Assembly (NCBI GenBank): GCA_045837725.1 | Contig: JBEWZL010000244.1 | Span: 1 to 64,000, forward strand | DNA length: 64,000 nt | From: Vermamoeba vermiformis | Taxonomy: Eukaryota | Direction: 5' to 3' | Shown: piece by piece, positions 1-10,375 of the stretch | Numbering within the stretch: position 1 is the first letter of the stretch | How the letters are laid out: each line of letters starts with the position of its first letter | The notes under the pieces: model-generated | What the model was told of the DNA's origin: nothing | Seen by the model: only the letters and a program-made list of their open reading frames with translations | Database searches by the model: none | Program-made: the position numbers and the translations under genes

Positions 1-100
1 AATATTGCGCTTCACGCTCGTGGGGGGTAAATCTGGCACGCGTTTATTGAGGGCATGTAGTTGGCGTGGGGTCACACCAGACTAACCAGAGACACGCCCC
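1..100 (-). repeat. Split direct repeat B2 (element 3' terminus)
   Basis: aatattgcgc...gacacgcccc reads identically at 338-437. Confidence 0.95.
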
Positions 101-136
101 TTGTAATACAAGTAAAACAAAAACAAAAATAAAAAG

Positions 137-340
137 AAAAATAATTTAACAAACCAAGCTTGTTGTGGTGCTCTGTTTGCTAAAACGACGACAATGACGG
201 TTGTAGCGTTGCTTCGTTTTCTCCTCGGCAAGTCACGTGACACCTGTCACTTGTCAACCAGGGCAGTGTCGGAATTCTTCACTCGCTGTGAATTCGAATA
301 TTCCGACGCTAATTGCTTCGGGCAATGTCGCTGCATGAAT
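137..340 (-). repeat. Split direct repeat A2
   Basis: 204 bp reading identically at 4670-4873. Confidence 0.95.
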
Positions 341-437
341 ATTGCGCTTCACGCTCGTGGGGGGTAAATCTGGCACGCGTTTATTGAGGGCATGTAGTTG
401 GCGTGGGGTCACACCAGACTAACCAGAGACACGCCCC
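338..437 (-). repeat. Split direct repeat B1
   Basis: Copy of 1-100; overlaps A2 by the trinucleotide AAT (338-340). Confidence 0.95.
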
Positions 438-550
438 AAGCGCGCATGCGCAGACCCCCAAAGACAACTGCAGCTTAAGCAAGAAACGGAGCACTAGCAT
501 CAGCGGCTATAGAGCGGCATCTATGTAAGCAATACATAAGCATAATAAGG

Positions 551-1645
551 CTAAACGGCGACTAGCAAAAGCACGTACCTAGCAAGGTAAGCAGGGTCAT
601 TGACCTTTGCCGCAATGGCAGCTGGAACAGAAAGCCTCTGATCCATAGAAAAGAAGACATAACGTCTATAAGCATCGGAGACCCAATCTCCTTGGAGCTT
701 GATCATGGTGTCATCAACACCAGCGGCGAAGGCGCAAGTGGCGCCGCCTTTGCGAAGTGAGTGCGCGGAGAAGGCGAGCGAAATATGGGCGACCTTGCAG
801 AGCTTGCGAAGCAGGCTGTTGTAGGCTGAGTGTGTGAGCGCGGTCTGGCTACCATTTGCAGCGGAGTGAATGAATAGAGAGCAATTCGAGCACGGAGGGC
901 AGAGCTCCCACATGTCAATCAACGCTTGAACAGGGCAAAGTGAATCGCCAGGCAAAGCCACCAGCGGGATGGTAAGGATTTTCTGCGCGAACTGAACTGT
1001 CTTTGTGTGTTGCAGCCGTAGTGTAATGCCAAACTCCGTTGAAGACAAGCAATCTACTGCCAAGTGTTGGCCATCGATGAAGCCTGAGGTCGTCTTCTGC
1101 ATGAGGTTCGAAGCTCGCAAGAAGGACCAAAAGCCAATTACTGTAACTGCCCAGAAGGTGCGATGTTTGGAGTCCGACCAGTTGAGGATTGAGCGAAGTT
1201 TGCGCAGCTCATTAATGGTAATAGCAGGTTTGGAAGAAGGGCGGAACTGTTGATCACGTCGAATGCCTTTTAGAACTGCTTTGAGAGCGTATGAGTCGAG
1301 CCTGGAGCGCACAGGGTCGCTGAAACCGCGCAGTTGATGGAACGAACGCACTGTGTTAATGTACGTAGAGATTGAGCTGGCTTTGATACCTTGATTAGCC
1401 AACCAAGTAGCATATTCCAGCAGTGCTCGTGCAGGTGTTGGGCAAGGACGGAAACCGAATTGAATACAGAAACGGGTGAAGGCACGAACCGTAGAGTCTC
1501 TGCTTCTGGCGGTGGAAGGAGCGAGAGACAGCTCCATGTAATCAGCCACAGTCCTAGACGTCATCGTCGAGTTCGGGGCAAAGCACCATGGACAGTGTAG
1601 GGTCGATGTCAAGCATCGTATTGAAGTCTCGTCGTGAGCCAGCAT
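551..1645 (-). CDS. Tyrosine recombinase (phage-integrase family) of the retroelement
   Basis: Catalytic R (FLRASN), K (HTKT), HSLR, GDW and Y (AYRRY). N-terminal core-binding region (SISTYINTVRSFH). Real start may be the ATG at 1564. Confidence 0.95.
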   Translation of the reverse strand: MLAHDETSIRCLTSTLHCPWCFAPNSTMTSRTVADYMELSLAPSTARSRDSTVRAFTRFCIQFGFRPCPTPARALLEYATWLANQGIKASSISTYINTVRSFHQLRGFSDPVRSRLDSYALKAVLKGIRRDQQFRPSSKPAITINELRKLRSILNWSDSKHRTFWAVTVIGFWSFLRASNLMQKTTSGFIDGQHLAVDCLSSTEFGITLRLQHTKTVQFAQKILTIPLVALPGDSLCPVQALIDMWELCPPCSNCSLFIHSAANGSQTALTHSAYNSLLRKLCKVAHISLAFSAHSLRKGGATCAFAAGVDDTMIKLQGDWVSDAYRRYVFFSMDQRLSVPAAIAAKVNDPAYLARYVLLLVAV

Positions 1646-3239
1646 CCGCTAGAGTGTTAGTTTTACCAGCGATGAAACGCGCAGTAAGGTGGAAGTTGAA
1701 CTTAGCGCTAAGCCAGAAGAGTTTGCGAAGCATTGACATGATGCGACGTGATTTAGAAGATCCTCGGTTGATGGCAGCAACAGTTGTAGTGTTGTCAGAC
1801 TCCACCACGATGTGGAGATTGCGCCATTCTGAAGCCCACCGCTTCGCTGCGAGATAGACCGCTAGACACTCCAGTTCGTTGATGTGCCAAGAGTTAGTAC
1901 GGTCGTCGTTATACCGCACGATGAATTCACCATCGAATACCGCGCAAACAGCTAAGTTGGAAGCATCAGTGACGAAACACGGAGAGGCCACGGGCTTGGG
2001 GTCGATCATCATTTCAGTGCCATTCCATTGGGAAGCGAAGTTGAGCCACCATAAGACATCTAGACGGAAGCAATCTGAAAGAACGATCGTAGCATTGTGA
2101 TCGACAACTGTGTTGATTTCGTCGATCATTCTGCGAAGAAAGGTACGACCTCCTTTCACTACTTTCGCAGCAAAGTTAAGTCTACCTACCAATTGTTCTA
2201 GCTCACGTTTAGTGGCAGAAAACCGATGCTGAAAAGAGCGCAGTTCTGTCAAGATTTGGTCAAGCTTTTCGGTTGGAAGAGAGAGCTTGCGTTGCAGCAG
2301 ATCGAAGCGAATGCCCAAGAAGGTGATGTCTGTGCATGGCTCGACGACCTTGTCGTCGGCTACTGGCCAACCTAGGTCGATTAGGCATTGATGGAAGCGT
2401 TGATGATTGCGTCGAGCAGCAGCAAAGGCTTCTTCCAGCGTGTCCCCAGTGGACAGCAACAAGAAGTCATCGATGTAAGGAGTGTTGTGCTCGACGTCAT
2501 AGTGGCATTGTGCAGTGCGAGAGATGAAGTTGGAGATTCTCCAGAAGACGTAAGGGGCCATTGACAAGCCAAAGCACATGCGAAGATCGACGTAGTAGAT
2601 GCCTTTCCATTGAAAACCAAATAGATGCCAGAATTTAGACTTGATAGGGACATGTCGAAAGGCGGCTTTGATGTCGAACTTGGAGGCTACCACGAATTTG
2701 CTTCCGCGTTTGAAGATGAACATGACAGCGTCATCGATTGTAGCGAAGCGAAATTTCGGCCCTCCGCCGAAAGATTCATTGAGAGCAGAACCTTTAGGGC
2801 GGCTAAGGTCAGTTATGCGACGATACTTGCCACTGCTTTTCTTTTGCACGGCGCCTAACGCGTTGACTTTGAAGGGCTTGAAGGGGACTGCAGCTATAAA
2901 ACCTTGCTTAAGCTCGTTGGCGATGTCAGCGTCGATGACTTCATTAGCGTTATCAACGCTAGAGTAGTTAGCCAAGAAGGAACTTGGCACTGCAACGTCG
3001 TGGCTAACAATAGAGAGACCACCACCTGGGGCAAACACCTCACGCATAAAGGGACCGTTAATATGATCAGAGTAAGTGTACTTAACCCAGGTGGCGTATT
3101 GCGACGTTACAGCACTGACGGGTGCATTAATTAGGTGTTCCGGGTGCCCCCTGACTGAGGCTGAGATCCATTCCCGTTTGGGTGGTCGATGGAGCGATGA
3201 TCTTGTTGGCACTGCAAACAGACGTGTCGATATTTGCAT
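1554..3239 (-). CDS. Reverse transcriptase-RNase H (DIRS/Ngaro type)
   Basis: RT motifs KYRRITDLS, KFDIKAAFRHVP, MCFGLSMAP, YIDD and FLGI. RNase H motifs TDAS, HINELE, SDN and NTLADAGSR. No methyltransferase follows. Confidence 0.95.
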   Translation of the reverse strand: MQISTRLFAVPTRSSLHRPPKREWISASVRGHPEHLINAPVSAVTSQYATWVKYTYSDHINGPFMREVFAPGGGLSIVSHDVAVPSSFLANYSSVDNANEVIDADIANELKQGFIAAVPFKPFKVNALGAVQKKSSGKYRRITDLSRPKGSALNESFGGGPKFRFATIDDAVMFIFKRGSKFVVASKFDIKAAFRHVPIKSKFWHLFGFQWKGIYYVDLRMCFGLSMAPYVFWRISNFISRTAQCHYDVEHNTPYIDDFLLLSTGDTLEEAFAAARRNHQRFHQCLIDLGWPVADDKVVEPCTDITFLGIRFDLLQRKLSLPTEKLDQILTELRSFQHRFSATKRELEQLVGRLNFAAKVVKGGRTFLRRMIDEINTVVDHNATIVLSDCFRLDVLWWLNFASQWNGTEMMIDPKPVASPCFVTDASNLAVCAVFDGEFIVRYNDDRTNSWHINELECLAVYLAAKRWASEWRNLHIVVESDNTTTVAAINRGSSKSRRIMSMLRKLFWLSAKFNFHLTARFIAGKTNTLADAGSRRDFNTMLDIDPTLSMVLCPELDDDV

Positions 3240-4516
3240 TTACCGAAGCGCTGTTGATGCCAGCATGGACCTTGATTCCAGTCAAAGCAGATTCCAGAGG
3301 CAGAACCGTCGACCGGGGGAGAGGATGACGCTTGGGAACCTCTATTGAAGCGCTTGTTGCCGGAGCCATTCCCGCGAGTTGAGGCGTAAGTGGTAGGTGG
3401 CTTCTGTTTCAAGACGGCACATTCGATGTCGGTTGGGCGATTTGACCAGGAGATTTCGCCCAGTTCTACTAGCTGACGAAACTCTTCATCATAACTCATC
3501 ACAGAGTCCCAGGTATGGTTCTCCGAGAGATCAATGACCCAATTGACGTAGTCAGTGTATTCCAGCCGATCAAAGGTGGGATTCTCATGAGCTAGCATAC
3601 GACCAATCGCTGTGGCGCTTCGAGTGTAGGCGACTACGTCTGAAGGGCGGGATCCAGAGCCGATAGAGCGTCCTCTAAGACCACTAAAATTCCTTGGCAG
3701 GTAGACAGAGGCGACCGAACCTGTGGATGTAGCGTACATCGGGGTGGCAATCGCTATGGGTGAGCCAGCTTGACTGGCTGTCACTCCGCGTTGAGGGTTA
3801 CCAATGAAGCGAGTAGGAGTGTTTTGACCGGGAGGAGACTCATCATCGCTTTCTGACACATCGTTAGCTTGTTGCGCAGAAATTTCGGAGTTGTTAGAAT
3901 TCGAAATTTTTGAAGAATTATTGAGGCGGGCTCGATGATCTGCATTGATAGATTGAACGATTGACTTAGCTTTGGCATCGAGGTGCTTGAGTGACGTTGT
4001 CGTGGCTGTGGATCCAGGGACCTGAGAATTTCCCGGGGAATTTCTATTCTTGGGATCTGAAGAATTTGAAGTAGAACCGGGAGAAGGCTTCTTCTTCGTC
4101 GGGGTAGATGCAATGTGGGGCAGAATATCGGAAAGAACTTTCTTGACTTCTGGATCCTTGGTGAGTTCACTGATCTTGTCCGAATCTAGAGTAACGCTAA
4201 GTTTCTCATTCGCTTTCAAATGATGTAGGCGAAGAGGTTTGTCAGTATTAACTCCAGACTCAGCTAAGAGAGCAGCCTGAGTGAAAAATTCTTCGCAGTG
4301 ATCTGACAGTTGGGCAAGAGCAGATTTCGACTCTTGAGCGGCCGCGGCAATTTCTATTTGTTCTGAATCGTCCGGAGCTCGGGTAGACTTGAGGATGTCA
4401 AACTCGTCCGCAATGACGCAAGCAAGAGCCATTTGAGCGTAGAACGAAAGTTCGCTCGTTGACTCAAGTTTGTTCACTACGTCCCAGTTGACAATCAGTT
4501 GAAGGGATTCGCGCAT
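3131..4516 (-). CDS. Gag-like ORF1 with C-terminal zinc fingers
   Basis: First ORF after repeat A1. Ends in CFDWNQGPC...CKYRH-VCLQCQQDHRSIDH, a CCCH finger plus a knuckle-like motif. Confidence 0.85.
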   Translation of the reverse strand: MRESLQLIVNWDVVNKLESTSELSFYAQMALACVIADEFDILKSTRAPDDSEQIEIAAAAQESKSALAQLSDHCEEFFTQAALLAESGVNTDKPLRLHHLKANEKLSVTLDSDKISELTKDPEVKKVLSDILPHIASTPTKKKPSPGSTSNSSDPKNRNSPGNSQVPGSTATTTSLKHLDAKAKSIVQSINADHRARLNNSSKISNSNNSEISAQQANDVSESDDESPPGQNTPTRFIGNPQRGVTASQAGSPIAIATPMYATSTGSVASVYLPRNFSGLRGRSIGSGSRPSDVVAYTRSATAIGRMLAHENPTFDRLEYTDYVNWVIDLSENHTWDSVMSYDEEFRQLVELGEISWSNRPTDIECAVLKQKPPTTYASTRGNGSGNKRFNRGSQASSSPPVDGSASGICFDWNQGPCWHQQRFGKCKYRHVCLQCQQDHRSIDHPNGNGSQPQSGGTRNT

Positions 4517-4669
4517 TGCTGCGTTGGTTGATGGCTTCGAAATGATGTTCGTGAGTGTGCTGGCAGTGGCAACAGCAGCTTTGGACTCGCGCTTGACTTG
4601 GCAGACATGAGGAGAACGGATGCAAATTTATTGCAAAATTGATAACAGACAACAAATAAATACGTAAGA

Positions 4670-4873
4670 AAAAATAATTTAACAAACCAAGCTTGTTGTG
4701 GTGCTCTGTTTGCTAAAACGACGACAATGACGGTTGTAGCGTTGCTTCGTTTTCTCCTCGGCAAGTCACGTGACACCTGTCACTTGTCAACCAGGGCAGT
4801 GTCGGAATTCTTCACTCGCTGTGAATTCGAATATTCCGACGCTAATTGCTTCGGGCAATGTCGCTGCATGAAT
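4670..4873 (-). repeat. Split direct repeat A1 (element 5' terminus)
   Basis: Copy of 137-340, followed by AT-rich host DNA. Confidence 0.95.
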
Positions 4874-5411
4874 TTTAATAATTTTTCGTTTCGTCAAAGA
4901 ATCAAGATAGCCAATTATCGTAATTCTACATACCATTGAATAAAATATACACTAATTCTACAAAATAATAATATGACAAGAAGATTAGACTTTCAGACGC
5001 TGAGCTTGAGATCTGGTTGAGTTGAAACGCATTAACCCAGCAAACATGCCTGTCGAATGGAATTATAGTATTCTAGCCATTATTATTGGTATTGAGTGCA
5101 GCTACGTGGCTTGTTGCTAGCAAAGACAAATTGAAAACAGAGGCAAATTTCGATTTGAATATCAATAAAATAAATAATCCTCCCGCGCAAATGGCAACAA
5201 GAGCAGCTCGAATTCGCATTACATGAATATAATACTAGTATTATATGAGTTGTAGTTCACACTTGTGGGCCGTTGCATAATTGGTTGGCCCACAAATAGA
5301 GGAAAGGAACCGGAAAGCACTGCCTTTTGAGTTCTTCGTGGTGCACCACCGAAATATTATAAATAGCAATAAATTTGCTAACAGATTGAGAAAAATAAAA
5401 TACAGTAGCAG

Positions 5412-7390
5412 ATGGTAAGCTCGTAATAATAATGTCACATCCAACAGTTCTGCGCCAGCTACAAGGTTTAAGCTAAATAAAATATTTATATTTAGGAGCA
5501 CGAAGAGCATAGCGATATTTGTTATTTTAATCAGATCCCGAAGGAGGTGAAGCAATTAATACTTTTCCAACTAAATTTAAATTTGCCAACGGTTATCAAG
5601 TAAGTAAATTATATACTTTTTTCGTATTAACTAAAAAATTTTAGAATTCAATCCACGAGCAAAGAATGGCGAGATCTGGTGTGGACTTGCCTGACTGATC
5701 TCGATATTAGAGGTGAACAATACAACGCTACCAATCTAGCGACAATAATCCCTCGTTTAAGTTTTAACGTTCTTCGCAAGGTTATTGCAGGTACGTCATT
5801 TTACTTTCCACATCCAATTAATGCTAGCTAATAACATAATTAGCTAATTATTTATTTTATTAGCCGATATAGGTAGTAATCTTTTATGGAACTACGATAT
5901 CACACGCATTTGCCGTTCATTAGAGTATTTAGACCTTGGCTCTCTAGCATCCTATCTATACGACCTTACCTTCGGCGAGCAATTGAAAAACTTGAGCGAA
6001 TATTCGTTCAATTTCGGCAACAATCCAGTCGAATTAAGTCAATACTTAGATACTAAGTGTCGAATTAAAGCAAAAATAATCGGCCAGACAGCTTCAGACA
6101 ACAAAGAAACTCCGATTTGTCCAAAAATCAATTTCTCGCTTATGGAGGTGGGTGAATGGGAACAAAAAGACCCGATTAAATTCAACAAGAAATTTATCCG
6201 CGGAGGAGTAGTAGGCGACGAGTTCATTGTTATTGGTGCAACAGATGGAACACTGGTGTTTCTCAAACTCAATGCTAAGGCATCAACGCTGACAATACAC
6301 GCATCGAATAATATTCATAAGGGGTGTATTAATGAGATATGGGCCGAACAGAGTCAACATACTTACGTCGCGTCATCGGTAAGTGTCAAAATGTCATATA
6401 TCGAATGCGTGACTTTGCAATCCTGTAGAAGCCCGTTACTAACAGATATAATACCGCTTTAGGACGGAATCGTTACAGCTTGGAACTCACTCACCTGATG
6501 GACCAGTACTGGTTCAGACTATTCAATTTCCAGAGGAAATTTCGTTCGTGTGTGACTCGCCCTCGAAGCATGTCGTGGCAGCCTCTTCTAACAAGATTTT
6601 CATTGCCGACATAGCGACAGGCAAGGTAATCAAGACAGAGGAGTTCAACGAGACCATTACAGGTAAATTTTTTAATGTGCTACTGGTTCTTTGCTCATCT
6701 AATTTCAACTTTTCCAAAAAAGGTTTGTTCGGCAATTCGTTGCGAGTTCATTTCGCAACGACTAGTCGATTCTATACGAACTATGACAAAGATATTAAGA
6801 ATGGCGTTTATAAACGTAATGACATCTTTGACGCAAAGCCAACGCCTAACTTTTGGATCACTCCGGATGCGTCGTAAGTTCGTGGACCTATACCAAATAC
6901 GAAGCTTAACCATCATTATATTAAGTTTCCGATGTGTTGTTTTTCCGAACGAAGTCCAGTGCATCGATGCATCTTCCGCAACTGGTGTTTTCAAGACATA
7001 CTCGAATCCTAATTCAGCCACATTTGATGCAAGACCTGGCCTGTTAAAATTCAATCCAGTTCGCTATTGGTTCAGCGCGTCAACAGGAACCAATATTGTG
7101 ACTTACGTAAGATACAAGCCTTTTAAATATAGTTTAGCCTAATAGTTCTTGCTATTCAGGACTTAGAACATAGTACTGCCGCAATTATTTCGTCAGTATC
7201 TCCCCGTATATCTCGCAGCGAGATTGACACAGGAAACTTTCCGGTCTGTAATTCGTTATGGTGGTCAACGAAGGGAGACTTTTTGTTTGGTCTATACTCC
7301 AACGACACTCTGTGCTGTTGGGCATTGCCGCGTATTACCTCAGCTGAGGCCCAACAACAGCCTGTCGTGCCAGCACCTCCGGCAGAATAA
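5412..7390 (+). CDS. F-box + WD40-like repeat protein, multi-exon, with an apparent frameshift near 6490
   Basis: Spliced IPKEVKQLILFQL...KIQSTSKEWRDLV is F-box-like. VIGATDGTLVFL, HKGCINEI and VASS|DGIVTAWN are WD40-like. Start uncertain. Confidence 0.6.
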
Positions 7391-7608
7391 TTCAACAAGG
7401 ACTTCAAAGTCGACCTTAAAGCAGAAAAGCTTCGAGCAGACGAAGGAGAAAAGATTACTGTATAGCAATGTCAACGGCTTAACCTTTGTTTTTGTCATAA
7501 GAGTTTTAGTCTCGCGATATCTCTTGCTTTTTCGGCGTAGTTAAATAAATTTGTGTTGTCCTGGCAGTTAATAGGAGCGCAACAGTTCAGTACCAACTTA
7601 ATCAATAA

Positions 7609-10093
7609 ATGGAGCGCAATTCTCAAATCAAATTTGATGTAGCGGCTAAAGTAAAGCAGATCTTACCAGCACGCCAGACGAAAACACCCCCAGCGCGACG
7701 TTATCATTCATTAGTCTCTAATGAAGGCAATTTGTATTTATTCGGAGGTCTTGGTCACAATAACACGGCGCTAAACGACCTTTGGCACTTTAATGGAGGT
7801 AAGAAAAATCTATAAATTTTAGAATAATTCCAAATAATGTTAAAATTACTTCATATACTCTCCCTTGTGTTGTCACATCTATATTTAATTTATTTACATT
7901 AAATAACAATCAGAAAATTGGAAGCAAGTAAAAATAAAAGGTGCACCGACCCCTCGTCACTCTCACCAAGCTGTGATAATGCACGTAAGTAAATAATATT
8001 CACTGATATTCATTGACATGCAAATTCTCAATTCGTATTTCAAGGGCAAAATGTTCGTTTACGGAGGAGTTCAGCAAGACAAAACAACATCCAACGAGCT
8101 CTACTGCTTTGACTTTGGTAACTTACGGTCATATATTAGCACGCTTGTTAATAATTGGCATTAGAAAACAAGGCGTGGGAACTGGTTAAGAAAATACACG
8201 TGTCCAGATCCGGCCACTCGATGGTTGCTCTTGACGACAAAATTATCGTTTTTGGAGGAGCCGATGAAAGAAAGAACGTAGATAATAGTTTTATTATTAT
8301 AGATGGTAAGATTTATCACTGCGTTGACCTTTAAATAGCTCATTCATATTCTTAGCAAAAGCACCATTTTCGACGGTACGATGCGATTGCAATAACCCGC
8401 TGAAACCTCGACAATATGCTTCAATGATAGTACTCGACGGTCTGATATACATATATGGAGGTGTGGCATCTGAGCCTCTTGGTGACTTCTACAGGGTACG
8501 CGTAGGTTCGGTAGGGTCGAGGGTTACCGTTGAGCAGCTGTCGCTTCCTTCGTTCATTCCAGCACTCAAAGGCGCGTCACTGTCAATATCGCCGCTGAAC
8601 AACACTCATTTGATGCTCTTTGGAGGCTTGTCAAATACATCACAGAAAAATTTCATCTTCGATTACTCGGCAGTCAGCGCAGAGTGGCTTGAAATTTCAG
8701 ACTTGTTGAAATCAAATAATTTTCTACCACGACTTCATCACCAGACTTGTACTATTGGCAGAGTCATGTACGTGTTTGGAGGTGTGAGCGCTGAAACGAA
8801 GGACGAACTCAATGATATGTGGATCTTTGGAGGTACGAGCTAAGCAAGAATAATATCAAAAAATCGATATTTGGTTAACATTATATATGATAGATTCATT
8901 CGGCATTGACGGTGGTCAAATCAGTGTGCAAGTTCTGCCAAACGAGATCTGGACGTTGATTTTCCAATGCTTGGAAGGCGAAGATTTGGCCGCGGTAGCA
9001 ATCACGACAAAGTCATTTACGGATCTTATTAAGTACGTCGATAGTAAATTATTGATATCAAAGCTTACTCCGATTGCAGATCCGATGAAAAACTACTGCA
9101 GTGTATTAAAGAATGGACATCACTGAGGAAAATTAAAGTCCCTCCGATAAATAAGGAGATTTTTGCGGTAAGAGCGAAGTTACGGCAATATATATACTCA
9201 GAATTAATAAGTCCTAACACCATTTTTTATTGTAGGTCGTTGTCGGAGATGTTGGTGTTGGTACGCAAATACTTTAAGTTTGTCAAAATATGCATATTTA
9301 ATTAACTCAAATACAGGAAAATCAGCTAGCGTTGTACAATTCGTTAACGGAATTTTTGTAGAGCGATACGGTAAGTCGAGATCATGTTAGAAACGTGCTT
9401 CGCATTTATTAATGCTTTTTTAGACCCAACAATAGAAGATAGCTATAGAATTGCTATTAATGTAAAAGAAAAAGAATATATAGCTGAGATACTCGACACA
9501 GCCAACGTTTTGGACACAGGCTTTGGAGTCAGTAATGGGGTCCATGCGATACCTAACTTCTAATTTTGATTATGCAGATTACGTACCTTGCTATCAGAAA
9601 CCAATACGTAGCGAAATGTCATGGAGTATACGCCATTTACGACATAACCAGGCCCGAGACGTTGAAAAGTCTTGACGAGGATTTAAAAATTATTAATGAA
9701 GTCAAACGATCAAAATACCCTTTGATCATAGTCGGGTAAGTATAATCAAGTATGATACTAAATAACAGTAAAACTGAGCGGATTGAAAAGAAACAAAACA
9801 GATCTGAAAGACAATCGTAAAGTGAGCGAAAAAGAAGGCCAAGAATTTGCCAAGAGACGTGGTGCTATGTGGTGTGAAACAACGTACGCCCACTCTTATT
9901 ATTATAACGTGATCTTAACTAATCGTAATTCTGCTGTAGTGCTAAAACGCGTAGCGAGATCCTAGAGTCGTTCAACAAACTGTTCGAGTGTGTAGTAGAG
10001 CTCGAGGAGAAACAACGAAACAAAGAGTCACAAAGCGACCAGGCAAGCGATCAAGCAAAGCACACGAAGAAGGATCGATGCTCTGTTATGTAA
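7609..10093 (+). CDS. Kelch repeat + F-box + Ras-family GTPase fusion with C-terminal CAAX
   Basis: Kelch motifs (LYLFGG, MYVFGG..LNDMW). F-box LPNEIWTLIFQCL. GTPase motifs GDVGVG|KS, Y|DPTIEDSY, ILDTAN and NKTDL. Ends CSVM*. Confidence 0.8.
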
Positions 10094-10375
10094 TCATTAA
10101 ACAATAATTTTGATAATTTTCTCGTATTTTCGCGTACAAAAAGTATCTGTCTCAATGAGAGCCGTCTTAGATATTCAAACAAGACATTCGTGAAAAGACC
10201 AAGCAAGGGGCGTTTACGAGCTCGATGCTCTGCGATTTTCGCGAAAATCCAATTGTTCTGAGAAGTTTCCTTGAGGCGCAGACATAAAGGTGCCAGTCTG
10301 AAAGTGCACGTGTGTGATTGCTTCGTTATGGAGAAAAGCAACAATAGTGATTTTAGGTCAAGGCATTGCGCCTAT

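Larger units (their letters stand above)
1..4873 (-). mobile_element. Tyrosine-recombinase retrotransposon (DIRS order, Ngaro/PAT-type split direct repeats), apparently full length
   Basis: Three overlapping intronless minus-strand ORFs (gag, RT-RNaseH, YR). In element orientation the repeats run A1(4873-4670)-ORFs-B1(437-338)-A2(340-137)-spacer-B2(100-1). Confidence 0.95.

Noticed and set aside
1-437. CRISPR array or LTR pair
   Set aside because: There are only two copies of each 100-204 bp unit, in the split-direct-repeat layout, with a YR and no DDE integrase.
480-530. Hammerhead ribozyme in the element 3' region
   Set aside because: The minus strand has CTGATGC rather than CTGANGA, with no matching GAAA core or stems.
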